Source: Ignavibacteriales bacterium (GTDB lineage Bacteria; Bacteroidota; Ignavibacteria; UBA10030; SZUA-254). Taken from it: a stretch of 64,000 nucleotides of DNA. The stretch is from contig JACRMQ010000007.1 in assembly GCA_016214905.1 (NCBI GenBank), forward strand, positions 396,408 through 460,407. The letters are read 5' to 3'. The notes beneath the pieces were generated by a model. That model searched no databases, was not told where the DNA came from, and saw only the letters and a list, made by a program, of their open reading frames with translations. Both the position numbers and the translations under genes were made by a program. Below are positions 38,341 to 48,595 of this stretch, piece after piece; the stretch's first letter is position 1, and each line of letters starts with the position of its first letter.

Positions 38341-40566
38341 GTGAATCAACTTAAATTATTAATTCATTCAAGAGAAAAAAATATGAAAAATGCCCGATTA
38401 ATATTAATTGTATTGTGTGTCGTTTCGTTTTCAACAGCACAGGAGAAAAAATCGCTTACATTCGATCAGATTTTTAAAAATAGTGAACCTAAATTGATTC
38501 AATTGTTACCAACTATCTCAAGTTGGGCTGACGACGATCATTATCTTGAAACGAAGAAAAAAGATGGTATAGAAAAAGTTTATTCGGTTGATGCCCTGAC
38601 AGGAAAGGAGACTTTGTACAGAGATATCAATCAATACAAGACAATGGTTGATTCTGAAATCGTTGTGGATCAACCCGCAACTAACAATAAAGATTATGAT
38701 AAATTGATATATGCTAAAGAAAACGATCTTTATTACTTGAATGTGAAAAATAAATTGTTTAAGAGACTAACAAACGATTCCGTCGAAGAAAAAAATCCAA
38801 CAATCTCTCCCGATGGAAACTTTGTGGCTTTCACGCGCGATCACAATCTGTTTACAATTGATCTTAAAACCGGAACTGAAACGCAATATACATTCGATGG
38901 TAACGATGTTGTCTATAACGGTTGGGCTGCATGGATATATTATGAAGAAATTTTCGGTCGCCCGTCTAAGTACAAAGCATTTTGGTGGTCTCCCGATAGC
39001 AGACATATTGTATTTTACCGTTTCGATGAAAAGGATGTGCCCGTTTTTCCGCTATACAATGCGGAGGGACAGCACGGTTCGCTTGAAAATACTCGTTACC
39101 CAAAGGCGGGAGATAAAAATCCGGAAGTAAAATTCGGGATTATTACAGTTGAAGATAAAAAAATTGTTTGGGGTGATTTCAATGAAAAAGATGATCAATA
39201 TTTCGGCGAACCTTTCTGGACTCCTAATGGAGATCGCATGATTACGCAATGGATGAACCGGCAGCAGGATACTTTAATCTTGTATTCAATCGATCTTGTG
39301 ACCGGCAAGAGAAAAACCATTTATACCGAACATCAACCGACATGGGTTGATTGGGTTGAAAAGATTACCTTCCTGAAAAACGGTAAAGAGTTTTTTATTC
39401 AAAGTGATAAAAGCGGCTGGATGCATATATATCATTTTTCCATCGATGGCAAATTAATAAATCAAGTAACCGACGGTAAATGGGCGGTGGCAAATATTTT
39501 ATATGTCGACGAAGAGAAAAAAATAATTTATTTCACAGCACGTAAGGAAGTAACAACAAACACAGATTTTTATAAAATTAATTTTAACGGGAAAAAATTA
39601 ACACGATTAACATCGGGTGACTATTCGCATTCCGTAAATATCTCTCCAAAAGGAAAATATTTCATATCAACATATTCAAATATTTCCACGCCATCTTGCA
39701 TGGCAATTTTTGACAACAAAGGAAATGAAGTTAGAAAAATTGCAAACAGCCAGACCAAAGAATTCAACAACTACCTTATATCAAAATCCGAGTTATTCCA
39801 TGTTCCATCATCGGATAGTTACAATTTACCCGTAAAATGGACACTTCCGATAAATTTTGATGAAACGAAAAAATATCCGGTGTTGATCAGTGTTTACGGT
39901 GGTCCCGGTTCTTATGATGTATCGAATAGATGGGATGGTATACGTTCACAGTGGCTTGCGATGGAGGGTATAATTCAGATGTCAATCGATCATAGGGGTT
40001 CCCTTCATTTCGGCAAAGAGGGTAGTGCAAAAATGCACCGTCAGTTAGGGACGTGGGAGATGCACGATTATATCGAAGTTGCCAAATGGCTGTGCACTCA
40101 GCCGTTTATTGATACTTCTAAAATTTGCATCACGGGAGGAAGTTATGGCGGTTATGTTGCGGCATTGGCGCTGACATATGGCGCGGATTATTTTACACAC
40201 GGAATTGCATCTTATTCTGTTATCGATTATAAACTTTATGATTCTCATTATACCGAACGGTTTATGGATTCACCCTCGGAAAATCCGGACGGATATAAAA
40301 ATACATCTGTGCTCACATGGACAGATAGATACAAAGGATTACTGAGGATTGTTCACGGAACGATGGATGATAACGTTCATATGCAAAATATTTTGCAATT
40401 AGTCAGCAAGCTCGAAGATTCTAAAAAGCATTTCGAGTTGATGATATATCCTGGTGGAAGACACGGATGGGGTGGACCCAAAGCAACACATTTACGAAAT
40501 GAAAACTATCGTTTCTATTATAAGTATCTTTTAGAAAAAAATTTTCCCGATAATTTGTTCAATTAA
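38341..40566 (+). CDS. S9-family dipeptidyl-peptidase IV-like serine peptidase
   Basis: 741 aa. DPP-IV N-terminal propeller repeats. Catalytic GGSYGG motif (ITGGSYGGYVAALAL) plus C-terminal Asp/His. The probable start is MKNARL at 38383 with a signal peptide. Confidence 0.75.
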   Translation: MNQLKLLIHSREKNMKNARLILIVLCVVSFSTAQEKKSLTFDQIFKNSEPKLIQLLPTISSWADDDHYLETKKKDGIEKVYSVDALTGKETLYRDINQYKTMVDSEIVVDQPATNNKDYDKLIYAKENDLYYLNVKNKLFKRLTNDSVEEKNPTISPDGNFVAFTRDHNLFTIDLKTGTETQYTFDGNDVVYNGWAAWIYYEEIFGRPSKYKAFWWSPDSRHIVFYRFDEKDVPVFPLYNAEGQHGSLENTRYPKAGDKNPEVKFGIITVEDKKIVWGDFNEKDDQYFGEPFWTPNGDRMITQWMNRQQDTLILYSIDLVTGKRKTIYTEHQPTWVDWVEKITFLKNGKEFFIQSDKSGWMHIYHFSIDGKLINQVTDGKWAVANILYVDEEKKIIYFTARKEVTTNTDFYKINFNGKKLTRLTSGDYSHSVNISPKGKYFISTYSNISTPSCMAIFDNKGNEVRKIANSQTKEFNNYLISKSELFHVPSSDSYNLPVKWTLPINFDETKKYPVLISVYGGPGSYDVSNRWDGIRSQWLAMEGIIQMSIDHRGSLHFGKEGSAKMHRQLGTWEMHDYIEVAKWLCTQPFIDTSKICITGGSYGGYVAALALTYGADYFTHGIASYSVIDYKLYDSHYTERFMDSPSENPDGYKNTSVLTWTDRYKGLLRIVHGTMDDNVHMQNILQLVSKLEDSKKHFELMIYPGGRHGWGGPKATHLRNENYRFYYKYLLEKNFPDNLFN

Positions 40567-40569
40567 AAG

Positions 40570-43329
40570 GTGGCAGAAATGCAGAAAATAAAATATTATC
40601 TCAGTCTGATTATCATCGGCTTCGGTTTAATGAGTCCGGCAGATCTCATTGCAGTCTCAAAAGCAGATAGTGTAAAATCATATCAGTTAGAAAACGATAA
40701 AATTAAATTGTCGGTCACATTTCGTAACAATAAAATTACAGGTGATCAACTTGAAGTAAAAAGCAGTTGGGCAAAATCTTACGGTGGGACGACTCCAATT
40801 ATTATCAGAACCGATGGAGATTTTGGGCTTGATGTTATGTATACCGACTGGTCTGCCCCGGGCAAGATCAACAATGCCGATAATCCTGTTTTGTTATCGA
40901 AAAATAATTTTGAATTGGTTAATTCCGCGTCCGATGAAAAACCTGATGGGATTAGAGAACTTGTTTTCGATTTTAAGTCTAACGAAACAACAATTGACTT
41001 ACGGATTACATATCAATTATCAAATGATGATTTCTATATAAAAAGAAATCTTGCGGTAATGGATACTGCATTCGGGCATCATTTCTTAAGATGGTTCTGG
41101 CCAAACACCGGTGATCTCAATGGGGTCACAACAATAATTAAAGATGGCGGATTTGGTCAGCCGGTTGCATTCTTGACTAAAAGCGGCGGCGGTTTCTTCG
41201 GTGTGGAATACCCTGCGGCTGAAAATTCAATCATCAAATCCGGTAACGGTTACAAAATAAAATGTGGACAAGAATTTGGTGAGATAATAGGAAATGATTG
41301 GTTGAAAAGCGATTGGGTTGTCCAGGGGATTACACCGAATTCATACGTGAAAAATTGGTTCTCTCAATATTTGGACAATATCCGTGTCGCGCCTCTTCGA
41401 CCATATTCTCTATACAATACCTGGTACGATCTCCGTTCACCCGAATATCCCCGCTGGTCTCCGGAGAAAGTGATGAGCGAAAAAACCTCTTTACAAATGG
41501 TCGATGTTCTCAGAAAAAGTATGATTGAGAAATATAATATAAAGCTCGATGCGTTTGTGTTGGATGATGGCTGGGATGTTTATGAAAGTGATTGGGCGCT
41601 GCGGAAAGAACAGTGGCCCAATGGTTTGAAGCCTCTTGCCAATGAACTTAAAAAGACAAATACGTCGCTCGGTGTTTGGTTCGGTCCTACGGGTGGTTAT
41701 TCTTTTAGGATGAAACGCGTCAACTGGATGAAAGAGCATGGCTACGAGGTTGTTGGCAAAACTCGAAATAACTCAATGCTCTGCCTTGCGGGAAAAAACT
41801 ACAGTGACCTCTTTAGAAAGCGAGTTACGGACTTTGTAGCAAACGACGGAGTCGGATATTATAAATGGGATGGAATTCAATTTTCGTGCAGTGAACCCGG
41901 GCACGGACATCCGGTTGATATTTATTCCCGCCGCGCAGTGATGGAAAGTGTTGTTGAAAAATGTAATTCGGTGCGTGAGAAAAATCCTGATGTTTTCCTA
42001 AACATCACTTCGGGTACGTGGCTAAGTCCGTGGTGGGTAAAATACGCCAATACAATCTGGATGCAGGGAATGGATTACGGGTTTTCCGATGTCCCTTCAA
42101 TAAGCCAGCGCGATGGCGCAATAACATACCGTGATTTTGTTTTATATGACGATTTCAAACAGCAGAATTTCTGGTTCCCGATTGCAAACCTGATGACACA
42201 TGGAATTATAAAGGGGAAACATGAATCTGTCGGGATTGAAACAGAACCTCTCGATAAATTTACCGATGATGTTTTGCTTTACTTTGCCCGCGGCGTTGCG
42301 ATGTATGAGCTTTACATCTCACCAGATATTCTCACCGAAGGAGAGTGGACTTCGATTTCAAAATCTATGGCATGGGCAAGAGACCGTTTTCCGATTTTGA
42401 TGAACTCAGAAATGGTGGGCGGAAATCCTCTGAAGGGTGAAGCATACGCTCATGTGCATTTTAAAGATTCTCATGCGATAATTGCTGCCCGCAATCCGGT
42501 AATTGAATCATCGGTATTAAAAATTAAATTAGACCCCACTTTCGGTCTCGATCCGAAATCATCCTCTTTGGTTTTAGAAAGAATCTATCCAACAAGATGG
42601 ATTTCTCCGAAACTTTACAGGTCGGGAGAAACAATTTCATTGCCGCTGGATGGATTCGAAACCGCAGTGTACGAAATGTATCCGCTTGAAGAAGCCACCA
42701 CTCCTCTCGTATCCGGAGTTGTATTCGATGCGACAAACGAAAAAGGAAATGAATACAAAATCAATTATCATAGTTCTTCTTCCGATGCAAAATTATTAAA
42801 TCCATCTATCGTAAAAAATGCAACCGCAAAATCATTCTCAATCAAAAAAGAGAATTCCGCGAAAATGGTGACTGAAAGTTCTGTTCAATCGGATCTAAAC
42901 GAAAAATCTAAAATCAACATTCGATTAAACATTTCTAATTTCACAAAAGATGGAATGATTGCAATCTTATTAACTCCCGACAAATCTTTAGCTCCGAAAG
43001 CGAAGCCGGATTTATCGGTGTTAATCGACGGTAAGTTGGATTCCGTAAAGACTGAACCGCAGGAAGGAAAGTCACAGTGGTTTATGATAGATGTTTCTGA
43101 TGGCAGGCATGATGTAACAGTTCGGGTAACACCCGGTAAGGATGAAAAGGAATGGAAGGGTACTGCTTCCGTCTGGGCAATCGGAAAACAACAGCAGAAA
43201 ATAAAAGAAATTACTTTTGAAATGAAGAATGAAATAAAATCTAAACCGATGCCGCCGCTGCCTTGGTCTCCAGGTGAAGTGAGAAGAAATTTGAAACTTG
43301 GCGAAATAAAAATAAGTTGCATCAAGTAA
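40570..43329 (+). CDS. Large clan GH-D-like glycosidase (GH36/alpha-galactosidase or alpha-N-acetylgalactosaminidase-like)
   Basis: 919 aa. FVLDDGWD motif and a downstream YYKWDG nucleophile-type motif, as in GH36/GH27. Family assignment is tentative. Confidence 0.45.
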   Translation: MAEMQKIKYYLSLIIIGFGLMSPADLIAVSKADSVKSYQLENDKIKLSVTFRNNKITGDQLEVKSSWAKSYGGTTPIIIRTDGDFGLDVMYTDWSAPGKINNADNPVLLSKNNFELVNSASDEKPDGIRELVFDFKSNETTIDLRITYQLSNDDFYIKRNLAVMDTAFGHHFLRWFWPNTGDLNGVTTIIKDGGFGQPVAFLTKSGGGFFGVEYPAAENSIIKSGNGYKIKCGQEFGEIIGNDWLKSDWVVQGITPNSYVKNWFSQYLDNIRVAPLRPYSLYNTWYDLRSPEYPRWSPEKVMSEKTSLQMVDVLRKSMIEKYNIKLDAFVLDDGWDVYESDWALRKEQWPNGLKPLANELKKTNTSLGVWFGPTGGYSFRMKRVNWMKEHGYEVVGKTRNNSMLCLAGKNYSDLFRKRVTDFVANDGVGYYKWDGIQFSCSEPGHGHPVDIYSRRAVMESVVEKCNSVREKNPDVFLNITSGTWLSPWWVKYANTIWMQGMDYGFSDVPSISQRDGAITYRDFVLYDDFKQQNFWFPIANLMTHGIIKGKHESVGIETEPLDKFTDDVLLYFARGVAMYELYISPDILTEGEWTSISKSMAWARDRFPILMNSEMVGGNPLKGEAYAHVHFKDSHAIIAARNPVIESSVLKIKLDPTFGLDPKSSSLVLERIYPTRWISPKLYRSGETISLPLDGFETAVYEMYPLEEATTPLVSGVVFDATNEKGNEYKINYHSSSSDAKLLNPSIVKNATAKSFSIKKENSAKMVTESSVQSDLNEKSKINIRLNISNFTKDGMIAILLTPDKSLAPKAKPDLSVLIDGKLDSVKTEPQEGKSQWFMIDVSDGRHDVTVRVTPGKDEKEWKGTASVWAIGKQQQKIKEITFEMKNEIKSKPMPPLPWSPGEVRRNLKLGEIKISCIK

Positions 43330-43461
43330 ATAAATGTTTTAGCGTCACGGATAAATGGAGTAATTGATTGTTAGAAAGGTAGATCAATGAATTTCATAAT
43401 TCCAATATTCCATCAGTCCAATTTTTGCTTTTTCTATTTTAAATTATAGGAGTAATATTTT

Positions 43462-45462
43462 ATGAGAATACAATGGTTATTCCTCTGTGTAATATTGTTT
43501 GCGATTCTTCTGCCTGCACAAACCATTTATCTTGATGAACTGAATCTCTCTGCCATGGAATGTGGTTGGGGAACGCCGGAAGCTAACAAATCGGTGGGAG
43601 GGAACTCGCTCAAAGTAGGCGGACAAATTTTTAACCGCGGCGTGGGGACTCATGCTGTAAGCACTCTCCTGATGAACCTAGACGGTAAAGGGAAGCGTTT
43701 CACTTCATCTTTTGGATTAGATGATGAGGTGGCTGACGGCAAAGGAACGATAAAGTTTTTTATTATCGGTGACAGGAAAATTCTTTGGCAAAGTCCGGTT
43801 ATGAAAAAAGGAGATAAAGCAGAATTTGCAGACGTCGATCTTACCAATATCAAATTGTTGGGTTTGCTTGTTACAGATGGCGGTGATGATATAGATTATG
43901 ACCACGCCGATTGGTGTGATGCGAAGATTGAATTTACATCGAAACGCAAACCGGATGAGCTTGTAGTTAAAACTGTTATTGAACCGTATATACTTACTCC
44001 GAAACCTTCCGATTCACCCAAAATTAATGGAGCAAAAATTTTTGGTGTTAGACCGGGCAATCCTTTCCTCTACACAATTGCAGCTACAGGAAAACGACCG
44101 ATGAAATTTTTCGCCAACAATCTTCCCGTTGGATTATTACTTGATAATACCACGGGAATCATTACAGGAAAAGTCGATAAAGAATGTGAATACAATGTAA
44201 CCCTGATTGTACAGAACGATCTTGGTGATGCTAGGCGGGAGCTTCGCATAAAGGTGGGAAAACAAATCGCACTTACTCCACCAATGGGCTGGAATAGCTG
44301 GAATTGCTGGGCTTGTGCGGTTGATGACGCGAAGGTTCGTACTTCTGCCGATGCGATGGTTTCTTCCGGGTTGATTAATCATGGCTGGACGTACATCAAT
44401 ATTGATGATTGCTGGGAGATAAAACCGGATGCAAAAGAACCTGAACTTCAAGGCGAATTGCGCAATAAAGATGGCATGATCAATACAAACAAAAAATTTC
44501 CTGACATGAAATTGTTAGGCGATTATGTTCACAGTAAAGGATTAAAGCTAGGGATTTATTCCGGGCCTGGACCGTTGACCTGTGCCGGTTTTACGGCGAG
44601 TTATCAATTTGAAATTCAAGATGCTAAACAGTACGCCGAATGGGGTATCGATTATTTGAAATACGATTGGTGCTCTTACGGAAAAATTGCAAAAGATCAG
44701 AGTTTACCGGAGCTAAAAAAACCGTATCAAGTTATGCGTGATGCTTTAGACAAAGTGCCGCGAGATATTGTTTACAGTTTATGTCAGTATGGAATGGGAA
44801 ACGTATGGGAATGGGGCGAGGAAGTTGGCGGTAATTGCTGGCGAACTACCGGTGATATTACGGATACTTGGTCGAGTATGTCGGGCATCGGTTTCAATCA
44901 GGCGGGACATGAAAAATTTGCCGGACCCGGACACTGGAACGATCCCGATATGCTTGTGGTCGGACTTGTCGGCTGGGGACCCAATCTTCATCCAACAAAA
45001 TTGACTCCGGATGAACAATATACGCATATCAGTTTGTGGTCTTTACTCTGTTCGCCGCTTCTTATCGGTGCCGATATGAGCCGGCTTGATGATTTTACAT
45101 TGAATCTTCTAACGAATGATGAGGTAATAGAAATCAATCAGGATCCTCTCGGTATTCAGGCAAGAAGAATATTTAATGAAGACGGAAAACAAATCTGGAT
45201 AAAAGAAATGGAAGACGACTCGAAAGCTGTCGGTTTATTTTTCGCAGACGCAGGCAAGCGGGAACCTGTAGATTATTTTCAGTGGGATATTCAACCCAAG
45301 AAAACAAAAATAGTTTTGAAAGGATCGGATATCGGAATCAACGGTAAGTTCAGCGTGAGGGATGTTTGGCGGCAGAAGGATATTGGAGTTTTTGAAAACC
45401 AATTTGAAGCTGATATTCCATATCACGGCGTTATCTTGATTAAATGCAAAAGTAAAAATTAA
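43462..45462 (+). CDS. GH27 alpha-galactosidase / alpha-N-acetylgalactosaminidase with N-terminal NPCBM (NEW2) carbohydrate-binding domain
   Basis: 666 aa. N-terminal NPCBM-like block (LDELNLS...GWGT...). GH27 motifs PPMGWNSWNCW, INIDDCWE and IDYLKYDWC. Confidence 0.8.
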   Translation: MRIQWLFLCVILFAILLPAQTIYLDELNLSAMECGWGTPEANKSVGGNSLKVGGQIFNRGVGTHAVSTLLMNLDGKGKRFTSSFGLDDEVADGKGTIKFFIIGDRKILWQSPVMKKGDKAEFADVDLTNIKLLGLLVTDGGDDIDYDHADWCDAKIEFTSKRKPDELVVKTVIEPYILTPKPSDSPKINGAKIFGVRPGNPFLYTIAATGKRPMKFFANNLPVGLLLDNTTGIITGKVDKECEYNVTLIVQNDLGDARRELRIKVGKQIALTPPMGWNSWNCWACAVDDAKVRTSADAMVSSGLINHGWTYINIDDCWEIKPDAKEPELQGELRNKDGMINTNKKFPDMKLLGDYVHSKGLKLGIYSGPGPLTCAGFTASYQFEIQDAKQYAEWGIDYLKYDWCSYGKIAKDQSLPELKKPYQVMRDALDKVPRDIVYSLCQYGMGNVWEWGEEVGGNCWRTTGDITDTWSSMSGIGFNQAGHEKFAGPGHWNDPDMLVVGLVGWGPNLHPTKLTPDEQYTHISLWSLLCSPLLIGADMSRLDDFTLNLLTNDEVIEINQDPLGIQARRIFNEDGKQIWIKEMEDDSKAVGLFFADAGKREPVDYFQWDIQPKKTKIVLKGSDIGINGKFSVRDVWRQKDIGVFENQFEADIPYHGVILIKCKSKN

Positions 45463-45474
45463 AAAGGAAAAAAT

Positions 45475-46443
45475 ATGAAAAAATTATTGTTAATTATTCC
45501 AATCATTTTAATCTTTTCAATACCATCGGTTTCACAGGAAGCCAAATGGTACAAAGGAAACACTCATACGCACACTACGAATTCCGATGGCGATGAATTG
45601 CCGCGACGTGTAGTGAGATGGTATCTTGATCATGAATATAATTTTCTTGTGATAACCGATCATGACCGGTTTACAGATATAAAGTATCTTGATGCAGATG
45701 AGAACGATGATTTTATTCTTATTTCGGGAGAAGAAGTATCCGATCGTGCCGAGGGTAAGCCGGTTCATGTAAATGGAATTGGAATAAAAAATATCGTGGA
45801 TGCCCGGCATGGCAATACGAAACTTGAAACCATTCAGAATAATGTTGATGCAGTTATAGCAGCAGGAGGGATTCCTCAAATCAACCATCCGAACTGGAGG
45901 TATTCATTTAATGATTCTGTTCTTACAAAAATCAAAAATGCCAAACTTATTGAAGTCTACAATGTTAGCGAAGAAAACAATAATTATCCTGCAGGTGGAT
46001 TCTCTGGTACTGAAGAGATCTGGGATAAAGTATTATCACAGGGTGTGGTTTTGTACGGTGTGGTATCCGATGACGCTCACGATTACGTTGGAGAATTCAT
46101 GCCGGAAAAATCGCCACCAGGGACAGGATGGATTATGGTGCGAGCGAAAGAGTTGACCACTGACGCTATACTCAGTGCGCTGAATAATGGAGATTTTTAC
46201 GGAACCAATGGTGTATATTTGAAGGAATTGAATATTACCGATAAAGAATATGCTATTGAAGTTGATCCATCTCGGGATGCGAAATATACAATTCAATTTA
46301 TTGGTAATGAGGGAAAAATCCTCAAAGAAGAATATGGCTATAGAGCTTCATACCGTTTCAAGGGAGATGAAAAATATGTTCGTGCGAAAGTGACTTGCTC
46401 TTCCGGAGATTTTGCAATTACGCAACCGGTCTTTGTTAAGTAA
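45475..46443 (+). CDS. Secreted PHP-domain (CehA/McbA-type) metal-dependent phosphoesterase
   Basis: 322 aa. Signal peptide followed by GNTHTHTTNSDGD...VITDHD, the PHP metal-binding motifs. Confidence 0.6.
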   Translation: MKKLLLIIPIILIFSIPSVSQEAKWYKGNTHTHTTNSDGDELPRRVVRWYLDHEYNFLVITDHDRFTDIKYLDADENDDFILISGEEVSDRAEGKPVHVNGIGIKNIVDARHGNTKLETIQNNVDAVIAAGGIPQINHPNWRYSFNDSVLTKIKNAKLIEVYNVSEENNNYPAGGFSGTEEIWDKVLSQGVVLYGVVSDDAHDYVGEFMPEKSPPGTGWIMVRAKELTTDAILSALNNGDFYGTNGVYLKELNITDKEYAIEVDPSRDAKYTIQFIGNEGKILKEEYGYRASYRFKGDEKYVRAKVTCSSGDFAITQPVFVK

Positions 46444-46475
46444 CCGATACCGATCAATGATTTATAGAAAATGAT

Positions 46476-47939
46476 ATGATACTACGATTAATAATATTTA
46501 TACTTTTTCATGGTCTGGCGCCTTTATTTCTGTTCGCGCAAAATATAGGTGCACCGGTTCCGATCAATCCTATTCCATCCGAACGTCAACTCGCATGGCA
46601 AAACTTAGAGTATTACGGATTTCTTCATTTTACAGTTAATACTTTTACAGATAAAGAGTGGGGTTACGGCGATGAGCCCGAATCAGTTTTTAATCCTATC
46701 GATTTTGATGCAAATGAAATTGTCCGCATCGCGAAAGATGCCGGAATGGCCGGACTGATAATCACAGCTAAACATCACGATGGCTTTTGCTTGTGGCAAT
46801 CGAAATATACAGAGCATTCGGTTAAGAACAGTCCGTGGAAAAACGGTAAAGGAGATATTGTTAAAGAGTTATCGGATGCATGCCGCGAATATAATTTAAA
46901 ATTCGGTGTTTATCTTTCACCGTGGGACCGTAATCATAAAGATTACGGAAAACCCGAATACCTCGATTACTACAGAAATCAACTACATGAGTTGTTGACA
47001 AACTATGGTGAAATTTCTGAAGTGTGGTTCGACGGAGCATATGGCGGCGATGGTTACTACGGCGGAGCCCGCGAAAAAAGAATTATCGACCGTAAAACAT
47101 ATTATGACTGGGAAAATACATGGAAGATTGTCCGCGAGCTTCAACCCAACGCGGTAATTTTTAGCGATGTCGGACCTGATATCAGATGGGTTGGTAATGA
47201 GAATGGTTATTCAGGTGAAACATGCTGGTCGATGTATACTCCGAATGGGGAAAATTATGACACGCCTGCACCCGGTTATACAAAATATAAAGAGGGCATT
47301 GAAGGACACCGCGATGGAAAAAATTGGTTACCTGCTGAATGTGATGTTTCAATTAGACCTGGCTGGTTTTACCATACGAATGAAGATTCACTTGTGAAGT
47401 CACCGGAAGATTTATTCAGATTGTATCTGAAATCGGTTGGTCGCAATGGTTCGCTGCTTCTGAATATCCCGCCAAACCGCCGAGGCAGAATTAGTGACAA
47501 CGATGTAAAGTCATTGATGGGATTCAAACATCTCCGTGAATCAGTTTTCGCCAACAATTTGACAAAACTTGGACAGGCGACCGCATCAAACGTTCGTGGC
47601 AACAAGAAACAATTTGCGGCAAGTAATATTGTAGATGGAGACAAAGGTTCATACTGGGCAACGGATGATTCAGTAAAAAGCGCATCACTTATAGTTGATC
47701 TAGGAAAACTAACAGAGATAAAGTATATATTGTTGCAGGAATATATTGCACTCGGTCAACGTGTTGAATCATTTACGATTGAAGGATGTGATGGAAAGAT
47801 GTGGAAGAAGCTCGATTCGGGAACTACTATAGGACATAAACGGATTATTAAATTTCCACCAACAACCGTCAATAGAATTAAGTTAGATATTCAGAAAGCT
47901 AAAGCATGTCCCGTTATATCAAATCTTGAGATATTTTGA
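46476..47939 (+). CDS. GH29 alpha-L-fucosidase with C-terminal F5/8 type C domain
   Basis: 487 aa. Motifs TAKHHDGFCLWQS and VWFDGAYGG. C-terminal discoidin-like region (SNIVDGDKGSYWATDD). Confidence 0.8.
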   Translation: MILRLIIFILFHGLAPLFLFAQNIGAPVPINPIPSERQLAWQNLEYYGFLHFTVNTFTDKEWGYGDEPESVFNPIDFDANEIVRIAKDAGMAGLIITAKHHDGFCLWQSKYTEHSVKNSPWKNGKGDIVKELSDACREYNLKFGVYLSPWDRNHKDYGKPEYLDYYRNQLHELLTNYGEISEVWFDGAYGGDGYYGGAREKRIIDRKTYYDWENTWKIVRELQPNAVIFSDVGPDIRWVGNENGYSGETCWSMYTPNGENYDTPAPGYTKYKEGIEGHRDGKNWLPAECDVSIRPGWFYHTNEDSLVKSPEDLFRLYLKSVGRNGSLLLNIPPNRRGRISDNDVKSLMGFKHLRESVFANNLTKLGQATASNVRGNKKQFAASNIVDGDKGSYWATDDSVKSASLIVDLGKLTEIKYILLQEYIALGQRVESFTIEGCDGKMWKKLDSGTTIGHKRIIKFPPTTVNRIKLDIQKAKACPVISNLEIF

Positions 47940-48112
47940 AAAGTGTATTGTTGCATTAGTAAAGTTAAGTAATTTGAATATTAAGATTACTGAAATCTCA
48001 CGGATTCACACGCTTCAAGCCTGATCAAAAAACAAAATTTTTGGGATGAATTAGATCTCTTCGAACAGTAATTTCAAAAGGAACAGTTAAGTCTAAATAA
48101 TTTCAGAAAAAC

Positions 48113-48152
48113 TTGACAAACGGGAATTAATACTGTATATTATATACAGTAT
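48113..48152 (+). promoter_or_regulatory. Sigma70-type promoter (TTGACA-17 nt-TATATT) overlapped by a 23-bp perfect palindrome ATACTGTATAT-T-ATATACAGTAT. Candidate YtrA/GntR autoregulatory operator.
   Basis: TTGACA at 48113-48118, TATATT at 48136-48141, palindrome at 48130-48152, about 60 nt upstream of the GntR gene start. Confidence 0.6.
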
Positions 48153-48213
48153 ATACGATAATTACAATATAACATAAAAACATGCAAAATATAGTAAAAT
48201 ATCAAAGGTTTTC

Positions 48214-48591
48214 ATGAAGATTATAGTCTCAAATGCATCACAAGATCCGATTTATGAGCAGATTTGTAAACAGATAAAGGCACAAATCATATCCGGAGCT
48301 CTTGAAGAAGGAAGTGCTCTTCCGTCTATAAGAAAATTGGCACAAGAGTTACAAATAAGTGTCATCACTACAAAGCGAGCTTATGAGGAACTTGAAAAAG
48401 AAGGATTCATCGACAGCGTTGGGGGTAAAGGATGTTTTGTCGCGATGCAGAATAAGGAACTGCTTCGCGAGAAAAAAATTAAAAATGTAGAAGAGTTATT
48501 AAGTGATGCAGTTAAAGAAGCGAAGAAGTTTGGGGTATCATTTAAAGAAGTAAAAGAAATGTTGGAACTATTATATCATAACGAGGAATAA
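48214..48591 (+). CDS. GntR-family transcriptional regulator, YtrA subfamily
   Basis: 125 aa. N-terminal winged HTH (LPSIRKLAQELQISVITTKRAYEELEKEGFI) and a short C-terminal domain typical of YtrA-like regulators. Followed by an ABC ATPase. Confidence 0.75.
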   Translation: MKIIVSNASQDPIYEQICKQIKAQIISGALEEGSALPSIRKLAQELQISVITTKRAYEELEKEGFIDSVGGKGCFVAMQNKELLREKKIKNVEELLSDAVKEAKKFGVSFKEVKEMLELLYHNEE

Positions 48592-48595
48592 CATT

